Positions 24,372-32,000 of a DNA stretch of 32,000 nucleotides are shown in pieces. The notes below the pieces were generated by a model. That model was not told where the DNA came from. It made no database searches and saw only the letters and a list, made by a program, of their open reading frames with translations. The stretch comes from Nostoc punctiforme PCC 73102 (lineage in GTDB: Bacteria; Cyanobacteriota; Cyanobacteriia; Cyanobacteriales; Nostocaceae), in NCBI RefSeq assembly GCF_000020025.1, contig NC_010632.1:150001-182000 (forward strand), written 5' to 3'. Numbering within the stretch: position 1 is the stretch's first letter; the number at the start of each line of letters is the position of its first letter. Position numbers and translations under genes: made by a program.

Positions 24372-24745
24372 ATGACCACATACCGCCAATTAACAATTTG
24401 GGATGTGCTTAATGAGTTGTCCGAATCTCCAACGACATCAACACTAGCACCGATGTGGGAATGTTTAGATGCCGAGCTAGAAAAATTACCCCTAGAGGCA
24501 CAGTTATTAACCGCAGCGCTTGCCTTCACTCAAATTGCGGATATTCTCAAGTCTCGTGCCGAAGTGCTGTTGCAAGATACCCGCGATCGCAATAGTCTTT
24601 TGGGGCCAATTATTAGCACCGATCTCTTTGCTGGTCTAGTGCGAACAACAATGCACCTAGATTTAGATGATTTGATTGAACCGGAAATACCACAAACCTT
24701 TAAACCACACGGCCCACACCAATTTTCATCTCCTACTGAGTTGGG
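24372..24745 (+). pseudogene. Hypothetical 236-aa acidic protein, 5' fragment (split by IS4-like element)
   Basis: MTTYRQLTIWDVLNEL... runs to ...SSPTELG at the IS boundary. The upstream MRIANCELE codons are the heptamer array. Confidence 0.6.
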
Positions 24746-26386
24746 CAGCAATTCTCATTATGAGAATGGTTATCAATATGTTAAGAGCGAAACTAACCGA
24801 TGAAGCCTGGGAGACGTTGAGAATTCTGCTGAATGATAAATTTGAACTAGGAGTGGCTACTTCAAACAGATTTTTAGACACAATGAACTACCAAGTAATA
24901 CATGGCAATTCAAGCTAATTCCATGTATTACACGGAGTTGTAAGTATTCTCAAAAAGTAAGATGAATTTTCAGCTTGTGTTGGGATGAAATTCTAATTCC
25001 AGTCCGTGGATCATAAAGTTAAGCAGACTTTCCCAACTATCAAAATAAAGATAACGAGTTAAGGCGCGTAAATCATCAAAGAAGGTCTTGCGTGTTGGTA
25101 AATGCTGGCGGATAAATTGGTATTTCTCATCTATAATGTCAAGTAGAGTATGAAACAGAAATGCAAGGATATTAAAGGTTGCTAATAGGGAGGATAAATG
25201 CGTTTTCCCATGTCCGAAATTATGTTCTAAGTTGTAACCTTTGGTTTTAAGAGTGTTATTATTTTCGTTTTCTATTTTCCATCTGCTGCGACCATCTGAC
25301 ACAATCGCCTCAACATTAATATCTGTGATTCGATGATTTGTCGCAAAGGTATTTTTGTAGATTATAGTCCCATCAGAGCGAGTAATGGCCAATTCACACC
25401 AGTTTACTAATAAAGCATCCTCGCTATTCCGTAAAGGAATTTGGTTGACATAACGGTAGGTATAAATCTCATAGACTTTGCCCTTCCAATGTTTGACACT
25501 AAATGTATCAAGGGGCATTCCTTCTAACCATTCATAAAGTGTTTTATGGGATTTAGACCGACACACTAGAATGAAATTTAGTTTTTCTTGTAGTAATAAT
25601 TCACATAAAGGTTGATGGCAATAAAGATCATCTCCTAAAATGGTAATACCAAGAGATGCATACTGTTTGGCATATTTCTGAATCCAACGTTTTGCTGCCG
25701 CATTCTCACAATCCTGCTTTTGATATCCGTCTTGAGGGACAACAAACTCTGGTATTAACGGGATTACTTGAGAATTACTAGGACAAACAATTACTGGTGT
25801 CACCACAGTATGAAAATACTGAGTTGTTCCGTTTTTAAAAGTTCTGCTCGAACAGTGTTCACAGTGAATTTCATTGGAGCAAAAATATTCTGTTCCATCT
25901 AGAGCTATCAGCAAATTATTTTTAAAAGAACGAAATTTTGATAAGTGTTTACCATTCTCTAATGCTTTGAAAATCTTGGTAAACACCGGAAACACAACGG
26001 TTGGTTCTATCTCATCAAGTAAATCTCGGATATGGTTATCGCTTGGAATTTGGTGTACCCCAAACAAGCTTTGAGCATTATTATGTCCCTTACTATGTGC
26101 CATTGACCTTTGATGGGCAAGAAAAGAAGGACTCTGAGTAAAAAATATGGAGAATGCGCTTAATGCTGCATCACTCATTTGATAGCGTTTGTTTTTGCCT
26201 GTTCGCTTATCAGGTAAATCTTTCAGGATTGACTGAAAGTATTGTACTATTTCGTCAAAAATTCCTGGCTGATTCAAAAAAGCTCCTGCGTTCGCGAGTA
26301 TTGAGATACAAAAACCATACCTTTAACTGAAAATTTTGCATAGATGCTAATGATAGTTATAATCATTCTCATGATGAGAATTGCTG
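24746..26386 (-). mobile_element. IS4-superfamily-like insertion sequence (1641 bp) with 10-bp target duplication
   Basis: Imperfect inverted repeats of about 35 bp: CAGCAATTCTCATTATGAGAATGGTTAT... versus the reverse complement of the right end, CAGCAATTCTCATCATGAGAATGATTAT... Direct repeat CTGAGTTGGG at 24736-24745 and 26387-26396. Confidence 0.85.
24970..26277 (-). CDS. DDE transposase, 435 aa (family not resolved; IS4-like RW.IEN signature)
   Basis: LIALDGTEYF, ITILGDDLYC and GRSRWKIENENNNTLK blocks. Confidence 0.75.
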   Translation of the reverse strand: MNQPGIFDEIVQYFQSILKDLPDKRTGKNKRYQMSDAALSAFSIFFTQSPSFLAHQRSMAHSKGHNNAQSLFGVHQIPSDNHIRDLLDEIEPTVVFPVFTKIFKALENGKHLSKFRSFKNNLLIALDGTEYFCSNEIHCEHCSSRTFKNGTTQYFHTVVTPVIVCPSNSQVIPLIPEFVVPQDGYQKQDCENAAAKRWIQKYAKQYASLGITILGDDLYCHQPLCELLLQEKLNFILVCRSKSHKTLYEWLEGMPLDTFSVKHWKGKVYEIYTYRYVNQIPLRNSEDALLVNWCELAITRSDGTIIYKNTFATNHRITDINVEAIVSDGRSRWKIENENNNTLKTKGYNLEHNFGHGKTHLSSLLATFNILAFLFHTLLDIIDEKYQFIRQHLPTRKTFFDDLRALTRYLYFDSWESLLNFMIHGLELEFHPNTS

Positions 26387-26396
26387 CTGAGTTGGG

Positions 26397-26703
26397 TGAT
26401 TCTGTAGCAGCACCTGTTGAAAAAGCGAATGTTTTGGCAATGCTCAATGAGGTGACAACTTTAGAAGATGTACGCAATTTGGCATCAGATGAGGATGTGG
26501 AAAAATGGCAGAGTGCGATCGCTAACCATCTGATAAATGTCAAAGATGAGATTTCTTTAGATAAACTGCAACGTGTGTTGCAAATGCCGATGGTAGAAGT
26601 CTGGTTGGGATTATTGCTGGGTGGGTTTACATTAGAACAGCGTGGTGATTTTTATCACAACCATAATGTCTGGGTGAAAAGCTCTCCTTCCTACTACCAA
26701 TAA
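26397..26703 (+). pseudogene. Hypothetical 236-aa protein, 3' fragment
   Basis: Deleting 24746-26396 joins ...PTELG to DSVAAPVEKANVLAMLNEV... in frame (the codon GG|T spans the junction). Confidence 0.6.
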
Positions 26704-26808
26704 GTAAATCAGGGAAACAATTTGAAGGGTTTTTACTAAAGCGACCTCTTGCAGATATCTTGAAGCGATCGCCCATCTTTAAGTTAGTAGTTATTGGTTG
26801 CTGCTTTG

Positions 26809-28185
26809 TTACATGTTCGGACAGGTTGGCATATCATCTCCAACGAGTAGCCTTGCGAGACTGGGCAATGCCTCACCGTATGTTGGGTGAATGTGAACCG
26901 ATTGTTCAAGTACCTGCCACGTTGCTTTAGCTTCCATAAGTGACAAAAAGACATGCACCAGTTCAGCCGTTTCGTAACCAACCAGCGTTGCTCCTAAAAT
27001 CAAATTCGTCTGGGTGTCGATGACCATGCGGTAGAAACCCAGATCGTGCCCCCACTCAATGCTACGGGCAATGTGAGCCATTGGCAGGGTGACTTCGCTC
27101 GCAGTAATGCCCTGTTTGTGAGCCTGCTCTAACGTCATACCCACTCGACCCACTTGTGGCTCTGTGTAGACGGCATAGCCTAATACCCGATCGTTGCGTG
27201 TCCGGTGTTCGCCACACAGAATAGCTTTCAAGCGACGATAGTCTTCCCAAGAAACATGCGTAAAAGCAGGCTGTTTGGCAGCGTCTCCGATCGCATAAAT
27301 CCCAGCGCAAGTTGTTTGAAATTGCTCGTCGATTTTAATAAAACCCTGTGCATCTAATTCAACACCTGTCACCGCAGAATTTAATGCCTGAGTATTTGGT
27401 TTGCGCCCAGTCGCAATCAGCAATGCTTCTCCATCTAGTACTTCACCATTGTTCAGCGTTAGGGTAAACACACGATTGGTATAAGCAACCTGCTGAACCG
27501 TCACATTGAAATGCAGTCCAATTCCGTCTTGCTCAAAAGCATCAGCAAGCACAGCACTGACATCGGATTCTTCTTGAGCCAGCAGCCGTTCACCCCGCAC
27601 AATCAATTCGGTTTGGCTCCCTAAACGTGCCATTCCCTGCCCTAGCTCCAAGGCAATATAGCCACCGCCAACCACCAGCAAGCGGGGCGGAATCTGCTGC
27701 AAATCAAAGAAATTTCGGTTGGTCAGATAAGGCGTTCCAACTAAACCCGAAAAGTCAGGAATGGTGGAGGATGTCCCTGTATTGATGACGATGAGCGGAG
27801 CCTGCACAGTCACACCTCCTCCACTCACAGTTCGCTCTCCGGTGAAAGCAGCTTCAGCGCAGACGACTCGAACCCCTGCACTGTCTAGTCGCCGTTTGAC
27901 ACCCTGGTTAAACTGGCTGCGAATACTACGCACACGCTCCATCACCGCAGAAAAATCGACCTCGACCTGCGCGTGTATGCCTAACTTTGTCGCTTGCCTT
28001 GCGCGACCTGCGGCATGGGCAGAGGCTAAAAAGGCTTTAGAAGGAGTACAGCCATAGTTTATGCAACTGCCGCCCAACGCATCACGCTCAAATAGAACGA
28101 CGTTTCGACCTGATGATGCAAAGTCAGCTGCAAGTGGAATTCCGCCCTGACCGCTTCCAATCACAATTACATCTGCTGTTTCCAT
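26809..28185 (-). CDS. FAD-dependent pyridine nucleotide-disulfide oxidoreductase (dihydrolipoyl dehydrogenase / mercuric reductase-like family)
   Basis: GSGQGG FAD fold, redox-active GGSCINYGCTPSK, NAD fold VVGGGYIALE, C-terminal dimerisation domain with HIHPTYGE. Start at ATG 28185 (GAGG upstream). Confidence 0.85.
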   Translation of the reverse strand: METADVIVIGSGQGGIPLAADFASSGRNVVLFERDALGGSCINYGCTPSKAFLASAHAAGRARQATKLGIHAQVEVDFSAVMERVRSIRSQFNQGVKRRLDSAGVRVVCAEAAFTGERTVSGGGVTVQAPLIVINTGTSSTIPDFSGLVGTPYLTNRNFFDLQQIPPRLLVVGGGYIALELGQGMARLGSQTELIVRGERLLAQEESDVSAVLADAFEQDGIGLHFNVTVQQVAYTNRVFTLTLNNGEVLDGEALLIATGRKPNTQALNSAVTGVELDAQGFIKIDEQFQTTCAGIYAIGDAAKQPAFTHVSWEDYRRLKAILCGEHRTRNDRVLGYAVYTEPQVGRVGMTLEQAHKQGITASEVTLPMAHIARSIEWGHDLGFYRMVIDTQTNLILGATLVGYETAELVHVFLSLMEAKATWQVLEQSVHIHPTYGEALPSLARLLVGDDMPTCPNM

Positions 28186-28225
28186 TGTTACCTCTGTTGA
28201 TAGTTGGTTATTACAATTTGTCACC

Positions 28226-28281
28226 GGATGGCAGGTGTCTGATGTGTGGCGCGAATTGAGGTCGATGATTTTTCTAATTAA
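28226..28281 (+). pseudogene. Decayed duplicate of the 3' end of ORF 21971-22285
   Basis: GWQVSDVWRELR-(1-nt deletion)-DDFSN* against GWQISDVWRDLRVDSFSN*. About 72 percent nucleotide identity over 54 nt, same orientation, 5997 nt downstream. Confidence 0.6.
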
Positions 28282-28311
28282 TAATCTATCTTAGGATAGT
28301 TGTAATAATTA

Positions 28312-28332
28312 ACGCATATATCATATATGCGT
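28312..28332. promoter_or_regulatory. 21-bp perfect palindrome ACGCATATAT-C-ATATATGCGT in the AT-rich tpsA upstream region
   Basis: Read directly from the sequence. Function unknown (operator or terminator-like hairpin). Confidence 0.3.
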
Positions 28333-28690
28333 CTCAGATGAGGATGAATAAACAATTGTGCATCACTTATCTCTAAAGAGATATTTCATAGGTTGACTCT
28401 TCCCATGATAATAAAAAAATTGTTGGTAATATGCATTAAAATTCTTTTGGATGTCTTAGTCTAATTGTGTCATTTTTTATCTTTTAATCTATTAAAAAAT
28501 ATTAAGTTATAAATAATTATTATCTTTAATCACAATCAAATTTAAAGTCAGTAACTTATCTTGCTATTTACTTGTAAATATGCAAATCTTTTTTTATAGC
28601 TTTAATGATAAAGTTATAACTTTTACTTAAAGTTAACTTAATTTTTCAGTTCTCTAAAGCTAAACTTGGTCTATAGTTTTTCAAAATTTG

Positions 28691-31216
28691 ATGAAAATTA
28701 GCACTAGTGCATTATTAGTAGTCTTCCCTTTACTTATGAGTTCACTTCCAGCTAACGCACAAATTTCTCCCGATCTAACTTTACCTAACAACACAAATAT
28801 TCAAATAAATGAAAATCTTAGAACCATTGAAGGTGGTACTCAAGTAGGAAACAATTTATTTCACAGTTTCAAGGACTTTTCCGTTCCTACAGATACTAGC
28901 GTCCATTTCAACAACGGGCTGGATGTTTACAACATTATCGCTAGAGTTACTGGTGGTTTCGTCTCTAATCTTGATGGGCTGATTAGCGCCAATGGTACAG
29001 CTAACTTGTTCTTGATCAATCCCAGTGGCATTGTCTTTGGCCCTAATGCTCGATTAGATATCGGTGGTTCTTTATTTGCAACTACGGCTGACTCTCTAGA
29101 ATTTGCCAATGGTTCTGAGTTTAGTGCTATTAACCCACAACAACCACTGCTGACTGTGGATATTCCTATTGGTTTGCAGTTTAATGGTAATTCTGGAAGT
29201 GTTACTGTCCAAGGAAAAGGACACACAATTGAGCAGAGTGATTTTTTTACCCCTCTTAACCCTAGCAAGTTAGCAAACAGCCTGGAAGTTAAACCTAATA
29301 ATATTCTTGCTTTGATCGGCAATAACATTGCCTTAGATGGAGCTATTCTTAAAAACACTAATGGTCGGCTCGAATTAGTTAGCCTTGAGAAGGGAGTAAT
29401 AAATTTAAGCATCCAAAATAATCAATGGTTAGTCTCTCCTGGAAATAGCTTAGTTTATAAAGACATAAGAATATCAAATAATTCTTTACTTTATGATGGT
29501 AGCTCTAATGGCTCAGGAAATTCTATAGAGATTTATGGAGATAATATATTTTTAGATAAAGGCTCTTTAATTATTGGACAAAGTTTTAAGGATAGACAAT
29601 CTGGTAATATATTTATTAATGCTGTAGAATCATTAAATATACAAAATGAATCTCAAACAACTGCTACAGGTATTTTTAATATTAATTTTAGCGAAAATAC
29701 AGGTGGTAATATTGAATTTAATAGTGGGAAAATCTCTTTAAAGGCTTCTCAAGTTGCCACGACAACTTTTAGCAGTGCTGCGGGTGGCAATGTCATTGTA
29801 AATGCTGAACAATTAAATTTTGAAGGCTTAACTCTTGAAAGTATTTCTCAAGGGTCTGGAATTAATACATTTACTTACAATGCTGGGAAAGGCGGCGACA
29901 TTATTGCAAATGTCGCACAAATTGTTGCAAATAATGGAGGATTGCTTACAACAACTTTTGGCAGTGGAGATTCTGGAGTTTTAAGACTAAATTCTAACTT
30001 TATCTCTTTACGGGCAGGGAGTAGTATAGGCTCTGCAACTTTTGGTCAAGGTAAAAGTGGTAGTGTTTCAGTTAATTCAAACTCTATAGAAATAATTGGC
30101 ACATCTACTGGTTTAGGTAACGCAAGTAACATTCAATCATCTACTTATAAAGATGGCAATGCTGGTAATTTAGAAATTAATAGTTCAAATTTATTATTAC
30201 AAGATGGAGGTACTATTAGTACTAGTACTTTTGCTTCCGGCGATGCTGGTAATTTATTTATTAGATCCTCAGAAGCAATTACAATATCAGGAAAATACTT
30301 AGACACATTAAGTGCTATATCTTCTTCAGCACCTATACTAAATGAACGCCTCAGAACCGGATTAAGATTACCTCCAGAGCCAACAGGTAGAGCGGGAAGT
30401 TTAACTATTGATACTCAAAAGTTAACCATTTCTAATTTTGGACAGCTTAGTGTAATAAATCAAGGCTCCGGTGACGCTGGTACTATTAATATCAATACAG
30501 ACAAAATCGATATTACAAATCAAGGGGGAATTACAGCGACAACTGCTGTTGGAGCAGGTGGGAACATCAATTTGAAAGCAGAAAATGTTCAACTGAATAA
30601 TAGCTTTATATCTGCAACCGCAGGTACAAACGGCAGTACGGGCAATGGGGGCAATATTGGTATTGAAACAGGTGCATTAATATTGCAAAGTAACAGCCAA
30701 ATTACAGCCAATGCCTCTGAGGGTAGGGGTGGGAACATCAAAATCAATACCCCAGGTTTATTTGCCTCGCCAGATAGCCAAATAAAAGCTACTTCAGAAA
30801 GAGGAGTTAACGGCTCAGTACAGATTAACACTACTCAAATAGATATTGCTAACTCTGGGATTAGAAATACTGTCTTTCAGTCTCCACAACCGTTTAACAC
30901 TTGCTCGCCAGAACCTCCTAACTTGCCGAGTGAACTAACTATCTCTGCTAAAGGAGGGCTTCCCGCTAGTCTTGATGATTTATCTAGCACTACACTGGGG
31001 TGGACAGACTCATCAGTACCCATCTCTTCTCAACAATTACCCCAATCTACTCAAACTGATAATACGGAAAATATAGTGGTAGCCCAAGGGTGGCGCAATA
31101 ACGGGGATGGGACTGTTAACTTTGTGATTACCCCAGATCCAAGTGACGATATGGGTGCGTACAGTTCGCCATTGAAATCTTCTTGCATCAAGAGAGTACC
31201 AGATGTAGGGGGTTAA
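28691..31216 (+). CDS. Two-partner-secretion exoprotein (TpsA) with filamentous-haemagglutinin-type N-terminal TPS domain
   Basis: Signal peptide ending ANAQ. TPS-domain blocks NNLFHSFKDFSV and ANLFLINPSGIVFGPNARLDIGGSLFATTA. Gly/Asn-rich beta-helix repeats (GGNI...). ATG at 28691 preferred over TTG 28688. Confidence 0.85.
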   Translation: MKISTSALLVVFPLLMSSLPANAQISPDLTLPNNTNIQINENLRTIEGGTQVGNNLFHSFKDFSVPTDTSVHFNNGLDVYNIIARVTGGFVSNLDGLISANGTANLFLINPSGIVFGPNARLDIGGSLFATTADSLEFANGSEFSAINPQQPLLTVDIPIGLQFNGNSGSVTVQGKGHTIEQSDFFTPLNPSKLANSLEVKPNNILALIGNNIALDGAILKNTNGRLELVSLEKGVINLSIQNNQWLVSPGNSLVYKDIRISNNSLLYDGSSNGSGNSIEIYGDNIFLDKGSLIIGQSFKDRQSGNIFINAVESLNIQNESQTTATGIFNINFSENTGGNIEFNSGKISLKASQVATTTFSSAAGGNVIVNAEQLNFEGLTLESISQGSGINTFTYNAGKGGDIIANVAQIVANNGGLLTTTFGSGDSGVLRLNSNFISLRAGSSIGSATFGQGKSGSVSVNSNSIEIIGTSTGLGNASNIQSSTYKDGNAGNLEINSSNLLLQDGGTISTSTFASGDAGNLFIRSSEAITISGKYLDTLSAISSSAPILNERLRTGLRLPPEPTGRAGSLTIDTQKLTISNFGQLSVINQGSGDAGTININTDKIDITNQGGITATTAVGAGGNINLKAENVQLNNSFISATAGTNGSTGNGGNIGIETGALILQSNSQITANASEGRGGNIKINTPGLFASPDSQIKATSERGVNGSVQINTTQIDIANSGIRNTVFQSPQPFNTCSPEPPNLPSELTISAKGGLPASLDDLSSTTLGWTDSSVPISSQQLPQSTQTDNTENIVVAQGWRNNGDGTVNFVITPDPSDDMGAYSSPLKSSCIKRVPDVGG

Positions 31217-31219
31217 ATA

Positions 31220-32000
31220 TTGAGTTTACATTTACTAGCGTATTTAACGGCAAGTCATTTTTCCTCGGCAGAACTTGAGTCAGGTGGCCTTCATCAAAAA
31301 AATCCGCCAACCATACAACAAACACCCCTGTCACCCACCCCTTTACCTCCAGCACCGCCACCATTAACGCTTCCAGCATCCTCTACTCCTTTGATTCCTC
31401 AAAGAACCCTTAAACCAAACAATTTCGTTAAAATCAAAGTTCAAGGTTTTCGATTTCAAGGAAATACAGTCTTTAATAATCAGGAGTTAGAGAAAGTATT
31501 ATCAGAATTCATTAGTCAGGAAATCACTTTTACTGATTTATCAAAAATTAGTGATAAGGTTACTGATTATTATGTAGAGCAAGGGTATATCAACTCTGGT
31601 GCATACATTGGTGTTGCCCAAAATCAATCTCTCAAGGTTGACAATGCTATAGTTACTGTCTCAATTGTTGAGGGACGAATAGAAAAAATCAATATTGTCG
31701 GCGGCAACAGACTACACAACTATATCCGCGCACGTATTCCACAACCGATTCTCAACAGTAAACGCTTATTGCCAGCACTACAATTACTTCAACAAGACCC
31801 ATTAATTGAGAAAATTACTGCTTCATTGAAAGAGGGAAGCAAACCAAGCCAAGCTATTTTGGATATTAATGTACAGCCCCAACAGGAATTTAAGGTTAAT
31901 ATTGGTCTAGACAACTACCGATCTCCAGTCATCGGAACTTTCCAGCGTCGCATTGATATCTCGCACAATAACATCCTGGGATTGGGAGACGGACTAAGCA
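31220..32000 (+). CDS. ShlB/FhaC-family TpsB outer-membrane transporter, N-terminal part (continues beyond window)
   Basis: The frame is open from TTG 31220 to the window end (not in the ORF track because it has no stop). Short signal, Pro-rich linker, POTRA-like IKVQGFRFQGNTVF...ITFTDL...YYVEQGYINSGAYI...VSIVEGRIEKINIVG, then LDNYRSP...GLGD. Confidence 0.8.
   Translation, partial: MSLHLLAYLTASHFSSAELESGGLHQKNPPTIQQTPLSPTPLPPAPPPLTLPASSTPLIPQRTLKPNNFVKIKVQGFRFQGNTVFNNQELEKVLSEFISQEITFTDLSKISDKVTDYYVEQGYINSGAYIGVAQNQSLKVDNAIVTVSIVEGRIEKINIVGGNRLHNYIRARIPQPILNSKRLLPALQLLQQDPLIEKITASLKEGSKPSQAILDINVQPQQEFKVNIGLDNYRSPVIGTFQRRIDISHNNILGLGDGLS

Noticed and set aside
26274-26543. ORF 26274-26543 (-) and the first 14 codons of ORF 26344-26703
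   Set aside because: They run across the right inverted repeat of the IS4-like element, so they are junction artefacts.
27062-31379. ORFs 27062-27310, 27761-28057, 28927-29412, 30589-30831 and 31188-31379
   Set aside because: They lie inside or antisense to the oxidoreductase, tpsA or tpsB reading frames.
1-32000. tRNA, rRNA or known riboswitch genes
   Set aside because: Reading the intergenic regions on both strands, I saw no cloverleaf-compatible or rRNA-like segment and no leader I could match to a known riboswitch. A covariance-model scan would be needed to be certain.

Overview
Cyanobacterial, Nostocales-like chromosomal DNA. Support: about 26 HIP1 octamers (GCGATCGC) in the first 26.8 kb, STRR-like heptamer repeats and a cyanobacterial-type Omp85 with a Pro-rich N-terminus. 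Left to right: (1) an intact TolC-MFP-RND efflux operon (1-5112). (2) A convergent PIG-L deacetylase / family-21-like glycosyltransferase pair that is dead: an in-frame TAA in the first, an IS630 insertion with TA duplication plus a second TAA in the second. (3) Omp85/BamA. (4) A roughly 6-kb cluster of envelope genes: two tiny hydrophobic ORFs, a PepSY protein, a secreted protein split by a second IS630, a DUF347-like membrane protein and a PAP2 phosphatase. Its six promoters share one 20-nt bipartite motif placed exactly 10 nt upstream of a -10-like hexamer. This is the most interesting signal not explained by ordinary annotation. (5) ArsR plus a frameshifted SRPBCC gene, with a 36-bp perfect palindrome centred on the arsR start codon. 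(6) A frameshifted RpaB-like response regulator. (7) An IS982-type transposase. (8) A roughly 6-kb tyrosine-integrase islet holding the integrase, a Cys-rich 155-aa ORF, a 236-aa ORF split by an IS4-like element with a 10-bp duplication, and a GC-rich MerA/Lpd-like oxidoreductase. It is bracketed by a gene 3' end and a decayed duplicate of it. (9) A HIP1-free, AT-rich two-partner-secretion locus (TpsA plus partial TpsB). At least eight genes are inactivated and four IS elements are present, so this is an eroding, mobile-element-rich region. No rRNA, tRNA or CRISPR array was seen. All family calls come from reading the translations, not from database searches.
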